From Candidatus Saccharimonadia bacterium (GTDB taxonomy: Bacteria; Patescibacteriota; Saccharimonadia; UBA4664): a stretch of 64,000 nucleotides of DNA. A program made the position numbers and the translations under genes. The notes below the pieces were generated by a model, which had not been told where the DNA came from, did no database searches, and saw nothing but the letters and a program-made list of their open reading frames with translations. How positions within the stretch are numbered: the stretch's first letter is position 1; every line of letters begins with the position of its first letter. The stretch spans positions 1,804 to 65,803 of the forward strand of contig JBBRSS010000004.1 in NCBI GenBank assembly GCA_038245115.1. The letters are read 5' to 3'. Positions 60,347-64,000 of this stretch are shown piece by piece.

Positions 60347-62125
60347 ATGATGCGTAAACTCATGTCTTCACGCCAAACCTCGTTTGCTGTTGTTGGCCTC
60401 GCTGTAATGGTGGTTGGCTTCCCGGTCCTGTACCTCTTGGTAGAGGTCGCCGGACTCAACCCTAGCTCTGCAAAGCTGGTTGAGCTGGGTGTATCAATCC
60501 AGCTTAACTACATCGGCAATCGAACCTTCACTTGGCGCGACCGCGAGTCCGGGTCGTGGCTGGGCGGCCTTGTTCGGGCCAACCTGTCGCGAGCTGGCTC
60601 GGCCATATTGTCCTGGGCCGTGTTCGTCGCCCTCAACAACCACTTCGGGGTTGGCTACCTTTTCGCCTCGGCCATCAGCGTGATCTCCGCAATGGGGATA
60701 AATTACGCTGCCAGCCATTACTGGGTCTTCCGGGACCCGAAAACAGCCCGTCGATTCAGCGTACCGGATCTGGCTATGCTCACAAGGCTGGCCCGTATCG
60801 GCGGTGGAATCGCCGCCACGATTATGATCTGGAGATTGCTCGGCACAACCGGGCTGATCTACGCCGGCGTGCTAGTGTTTGTCGCCGTTATGTTCTTCGT
60901 GGCCATCAGTTCGTTGTGGCTCAGTCTGTATGCCTGGCACTCGCCAGAGCATATGGAGTCCGTTGGGTTCGACACCCCTCAGGAGCCGCAAAACAGTTTC
61001 TCAATTGTCATACCGGTTCGGGACGAGGCTATTAATGTCCTGCGACCGACCGTCCAGGCCCTTGTCAACCAGAGCCACCCAGATTTTGAAATCATTCTGG
61101 TGGTCTCGGGTGAAGACGATGAAGATACGCGACTGGCAGCTGAATCTCTGCGCGACGACAACCCGGGGTCAATCCAGGTTGTTTATGTGACCGGTCGCAA
61201 GAATAAGCCGCTGGCACTAATAGCGGCAACGCCGTTGTGTACCAAAGATGTGTTCAGCATATTCGACGCCGAAAGCATTGCCGCGCCGGACCTGCTCATC
61301 CACGTGGATACCAAGTTCGTGACCTCCGGTGCCGACGTGGTGCAGGCGGGAGTTCAGCTGATGAACCACGACGATTCATGGTATTCCTTGCTCAACTGTC
61401 TAGAGTACTACCGCTGGTTCAAAAGCCGTCTTCACTGGCATGCGAACGAAGGGTTTATTACCCTCGGCGGCAATACTGTTTTCATAAAGCGGGAGGCCCT
61501 GCAGGCGGTCGGAGGCTACGACGGTAACATGTTGGCCGAAGATGCCGAAATTGGCGGGCGTCTGAGCGTCGCCGGGTACAAGGTGGCCGTTGCTTACGAC
61601 CCCAAACTGTCCACGCGTGAGGAAACCCCGGAGAGTGTCCCCAGCCTCGTGCGCCAACGCCGACGTTGGATGCAAGGATTCTTCCAGGCCTACAGTAAAG
61701 GAGATTGGCGTCAGTTGCCCACATTGCGGCAAAGAATGCTCGCCCGCTACACCCTGTTGATGCCGGCGTTCCAAGCTGCGTCCGGGCTTCTTATCCCGGT
61801 GTCCTTTGGCGCAGTATTCCTAGTGAAAGTACCAACCCTGTTGGCTTTGGCGACATTCTTGCCAATCATTCCGTCTCTCGCGACTATGGCCGCGGATCTT
61901 GTGGCTATGCGGGAGTTCGGAAGGGATTTCGATCTGAAGATCACATTGAAGCACCGCCTGCAGCTGGTGCTGGGGACCATGGTCTACCAGTCGCTCCTCT
62001 CGGCCGCTGCCGTTAGTGCTGCGTACCGTCACCTTCGTGGCATAAACGTGTGGGACAAGACCGCCCACTCCGGAAGCCATCACAAGTCCGAAGACACTCT
62101 CACGACTTCAGAGGAGTCAGTATGA
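60347..62125 (+). CDS. GtrA-like domain fused to a family-2 glycosyltransferase with C-terminal TM helices (processive synthase-like)
   Basis: N-terminal 4-TM GtrA block (FAVVGLAVMVVGF...NYAASHYWVF). GT2 block FSIVIPVRDEA...ILVVSGEDDED; QRRRW-type QRRRWMQGF; three C-terminal TM. Confidence 0.7.
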   Translation: MMRKLMSSRQTSFAVVGLAVMVVGFPVLYLLVEVAGLNPSSAKLVELGVSIQLNYIGNRTFTWRDRESGSWLGGLVRANLSRAGSAILSWAVFVALNNHFGVGYLFASAISVISAMGINYAASHYWVFRDPKTARRFSVPDLAMLTRLARIGGGIAATIMIWRLLGTTGLIYAGVLVFVAVMFFVAISSLWLSLYAWHSPEHMESVGFDTPQEPQNSFSIVIPVRDEAINVLRPTVQALVNQSHPDFEIILVVSGEDDEDTRLAAESLRDDNPGSIQVVYVTGRKNKPLALIAATPLCTKDVFSIFDAESIAAPDLLIHVDTKFVTSGADVVQAGVQLMNHDDSWYSLLNCLEYYRWFKSRLHWHANEGFITLGGNTVFIKREALQAVGGYDGNMLAEDAEIGGRLSVAGYKVAVAYDPKLSTREETPESVPSLVRQRRRWMQGFFQAYSKGDWRQLPTLRQRMLARYTLLMPAFQAASGLLIPVSFGAVFLVKVPTLLALATFLPIIPSLATMAADLVAMREFGRDFDLKITLKHRLQLVLGTMVYQSLLSAAAVSAAYRHLRGINVWDKTAHSGSHHKSEDTLTTSEESV

Positions 62126-63804
62126 GCAATGCAAAAACGGACGCCTCGCCAGCAAGTCAGCCCACGTCTACCGACTGGGCGGGACTCGGAGGTACTTTTA
62201 TTCGGTTCTGGCAGCGGTTCGCAAGGCGTATGTGGAGTGACCCAGTCATTATTGTTGGGTTGCTCCTTGTCGCCGGGCTGGTTCATGGTCTGCAAATGAC
62301 CGTGACTCCGTCGCTGCTAACCACCGACGACGAAGGAACCTACGTCGCACAGGCCTGGGCTATCCTCTACAAAGGAGCCCTCGCTCACTACACGTACTGG
62401 ATGGACCATCCGCCCGGGGGATGGATTCAGATGGCCGGTTGGGCCTGGTTAACCCATGCCTTCGACCGGTACGACTCGGCCATCGCCGTTGGCCGCGAGT
62501 TCATGCTAGTGGCAACCCTGGCCAGCGTGGCCTTGCTCTATCTTCTGGCTAAGCGCCTCGGGATGAACAAGTTCTTCTCAATCGGAGCAGTGGCATTGTT
62601 TGCGCTGAGCCCGTTGGCAGTTTATACCCACCGGCTAACGTTCCTGGATAACATCGCCATCCCATGGGTGCTGGCCGCGTTTCTGTTGGCTGCCTCACCG
62701 CGCAACCGGCTGGCAGCTGTCATTGGCTCGGCCGTGTGTTTCGGGGTGGCGGTTCTGACCAAAGAAACCATCCTGGTGGTTTTGCCGGCCCTCCTGTGGC
62801 AGCTCCGTCAGGGCACGCACCCTCGGACCAGACGGATGAGTTACTTTCTCTGGTCCGTATTTGCCGGGTGTGTGGGCTTTATCTACATACTGATGGCAAT
62901 CGTCAAAAACGAATTATTGCCGGGGCCCGGCCACGTCGACTTGCTGTACGCCATCCGGTGGCAGCTGTTCGATCGGGCCTCAAGCGGCAGTTTCTTCGAT
63001 CCCACAAGTGCCGCGAGTGTGATTGTTCACTCATGGGTTCGGCTCGACCCGTGGTTGATCGGCTTGGCAGTGGCTCTTGCGTTGCCGGCGATGTTGCGCC
63101 GGCAACTTCGACCTGTGGCGCTGGCGTTTGTTATCCAGATTGCAGTCATGCTGCGCCCGGGTGGCTACTTGCCTCAGCCTTATGTGATTGCCCTGATCCC
63201 GTTCGCCGCCCTCATTGTGGCGGGCGCGGTCGGGGCATTGTGGAACTCCGGGCTGCTGAACCGCTTCCATCTGTTGCGCAACCAGATACCCCGCACGGGG
63301 TTCTCGTACGCGCAGGTTCTGGTACAGGCGCCCGCTTTGGCCATTGTGGCCGTGTTTGGTCTGGTAATCGCGGTTCCCCAGTGGTCGCCGCGTCTCCACG
63401 ACCTCATGACCGATGACCGTAACGTGTCGGTTCGACAGACCATGGAGTGGGTCGAGACCCATATCCCGACCAAGAAAGGGGATGCCAGCCCTGTCCACAT
63501 CCTGGTGAGCGACGCTATGTGGGTTGATCTGAAACGGCTAGGCTATGCGCCTGACTGGTACTTCAAGGTCGACCTGGATCCCGCCGTGAAGGCCAATTAC
63601 CCGCAAGGTTGGCAAGATGTCGATTACGTGATCTTCACCAACGAGATGAACGAGATCGCCAAGTCCGACTCCAAGGCCGACATGACCACAACGCTCGCTT
63701 CACGCAAGCACGGAACCCTAGTGGCTAAGTTTGGTTCGCTCAGCGAGACAATTTGGATCTACCAGGTACACAAACCCCTCCGGACTAGTTCCGGTACCGG
63801 CTAA
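62122..63804 (+). CDS. GT-C-fold glycosyltransferase (PMT/ArnT, GT39/83-like)
   Basis: First-loop DE motif (TTDDEGTYVAQAW), about 11 TM, ATGA overlap with the upstream GT2 gene. Confidence 0.6.
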   Translation: MSNAKTDASPASQPTSTDWAGLGGTFIRFWQRFARRMWSDPVIIVGLLLVAGLVHGLQMTVTPSLLTTDDEGTYVAQAWAILYKGALAHYTYWMDHPPGGWIQMAGWAWLTHAFDRYDSAIAVGREFMLVATLASVALLYLLAKRLGMNKFFSIGAVALFALSPLAVYTHRLTFLDNIAIPWVLAAFLLAASPRNRLAAVIGSAVCFGVAVLTKETILVVLPALLWQLRQGTHPRTRRMSYFLWSVFAGCVGFIYILMAIVKNELLPGPGHVDLLYAIRWQLFDRASSGSFFDPTSAASVIVHSWVRLDPWLIGLAVALALPAMLRRQLRPVALAFVIQIAVMLRPGGYLPQPYVIALIPFAALIVAGAVGALWNSGLLNRFHLLRNQIPRTGFSYAQVLVQAPALAIVAVFGLVIAVPQWSPRLHDLMTDDRNVSVRQTMEWVETHIPTKKGDASPVHILVSDAMWVDLKRLGYAPDWYFKVDLDPAVKANYPQGWQDVDYVIFTNEMNEIAKSDSKADMTTTLASRKHGTLVAKFGSLSETIWIYQVHKPLRTSSGTG

Positions 63805-63828
63805 TCGGCCACAAACCGAAAGGCCGGC

Positions 63829-63876
63829 AGGCCTCCCCAGACGATGCAACCGCATCGTCTGGGGAGGCCTTTTTTC
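63829..63876 (+). terminator. Very strong rho-independent terminator: a perfect 19-bp stem AGGCCTCCCCAGACGATGC/GCATCGTCTGGGGAGGCCT with loop AACC, followed by T6
   Basis: Read directly from the sequence. Confidence 0.85.
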
Positions 63877-63901
63877 TGGGCCTACATCTTGGCGTTATGG
63901 A

Positions 63902-64000
63902 TTAATTTAGTTTCGATAAACTGAAGGCCGCCATAGCGCCGCCATCGTTTTCGTAATACTCGATGACAATACTGACGCTGCCGTTCGACGCAGTAGTAAA
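63902..64000 (-). CDS. 3' end of a minus-strand gene running out of the window (..NGSVSIVIEYYENDGGAMAAFSLSKLN*)
   Basis: Open frame to the window edge, stop at 63902-63904, convergent with the strong terminator. Confidence 0.3.
   Translation of the reverse strand, partial: FTTASNGSVSIVIEYYENDGGAMAAFSLSKLN

Overview
This 64-kb window is a compact chromosomal segment, roughly 90% coding, with an estimated GC content in the mid-50s and AT-rich intergenic regions. I found no rRNA, tRNA, CRISPR array, transposase or integrase. Operon structure is tight, with many ATGA/TGATG start-stop overlaps. The split N/C transketolase and the small central-carbon genes suggest a reduced-genome bacterium; Patescibacteria or Saccharibacteria would fit, but I hold that with low confidence.

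Housekeeping content:
- A complete F1Fo ATP synthase operon on the minus strand (atpZ-like, atpB, E, F, H, A, G, D, C).
- A glycolysis / pentose-phosphate supercluster: ppa, gap, rpiB, rpe, split tkt N/C, class II fba, a PfkB-family kinase and a pgl-like gene.
- Scattered elsewhere in the window: pgi, pyrD, msrA, guaA, galU, a cardiolipin synthase, trhO and an orphan sensor histidine kinase.
- A marR plus two-gene ABC-exporter operon, an MMPL transporter and an EamA transporter.
- A GtrA-GT2 / GT-C glycosylation pair closed by a very strong terminator.

The main interest is two neighbouring modules, 4.0-8.3 kb and 13.2-16.1 kb, that look like a flavinylation-dependent transmembrane electron-transfer system. 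It is built from unusual parts:
- A b6-type di-heme cytochrome b N-terminal domain fused to a roughly 200-aa extracytoplasmic domain.
- A membrane-anchored FMN-binding protein carrying the ApbE flavinylation motif DGVSGAT.
- Two short ApbE paralogs with no signal peptide.
- An NqrB/RnfD-like membrane domain fused to an FNR-type FAD/NAD(P) domain.
- A DsbB/BdbC-like protein in which the loop-1 CxxC has become TxxC.
- A NOX/ferric-reductase-type flavocytochrome.
- A perfect CRP-type palindrome, TGTGA-N6-TCACA, in the divergent promoter of module A.

Other notable items:
- A roughly 1-kb insertion carrying a solo Walker A/B ATPase, flanked by a duplicated 3' end of rpe.
- An AT-rich small membrane ORF wedged between the two transketolase halves.
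- A small cytoplasmic sulfite-oxidase-fold molybdoprotein.
- A strongly initiated 24-aa Lys-rich peptide.
- A candidate small RNA ending in a T8 terminator.
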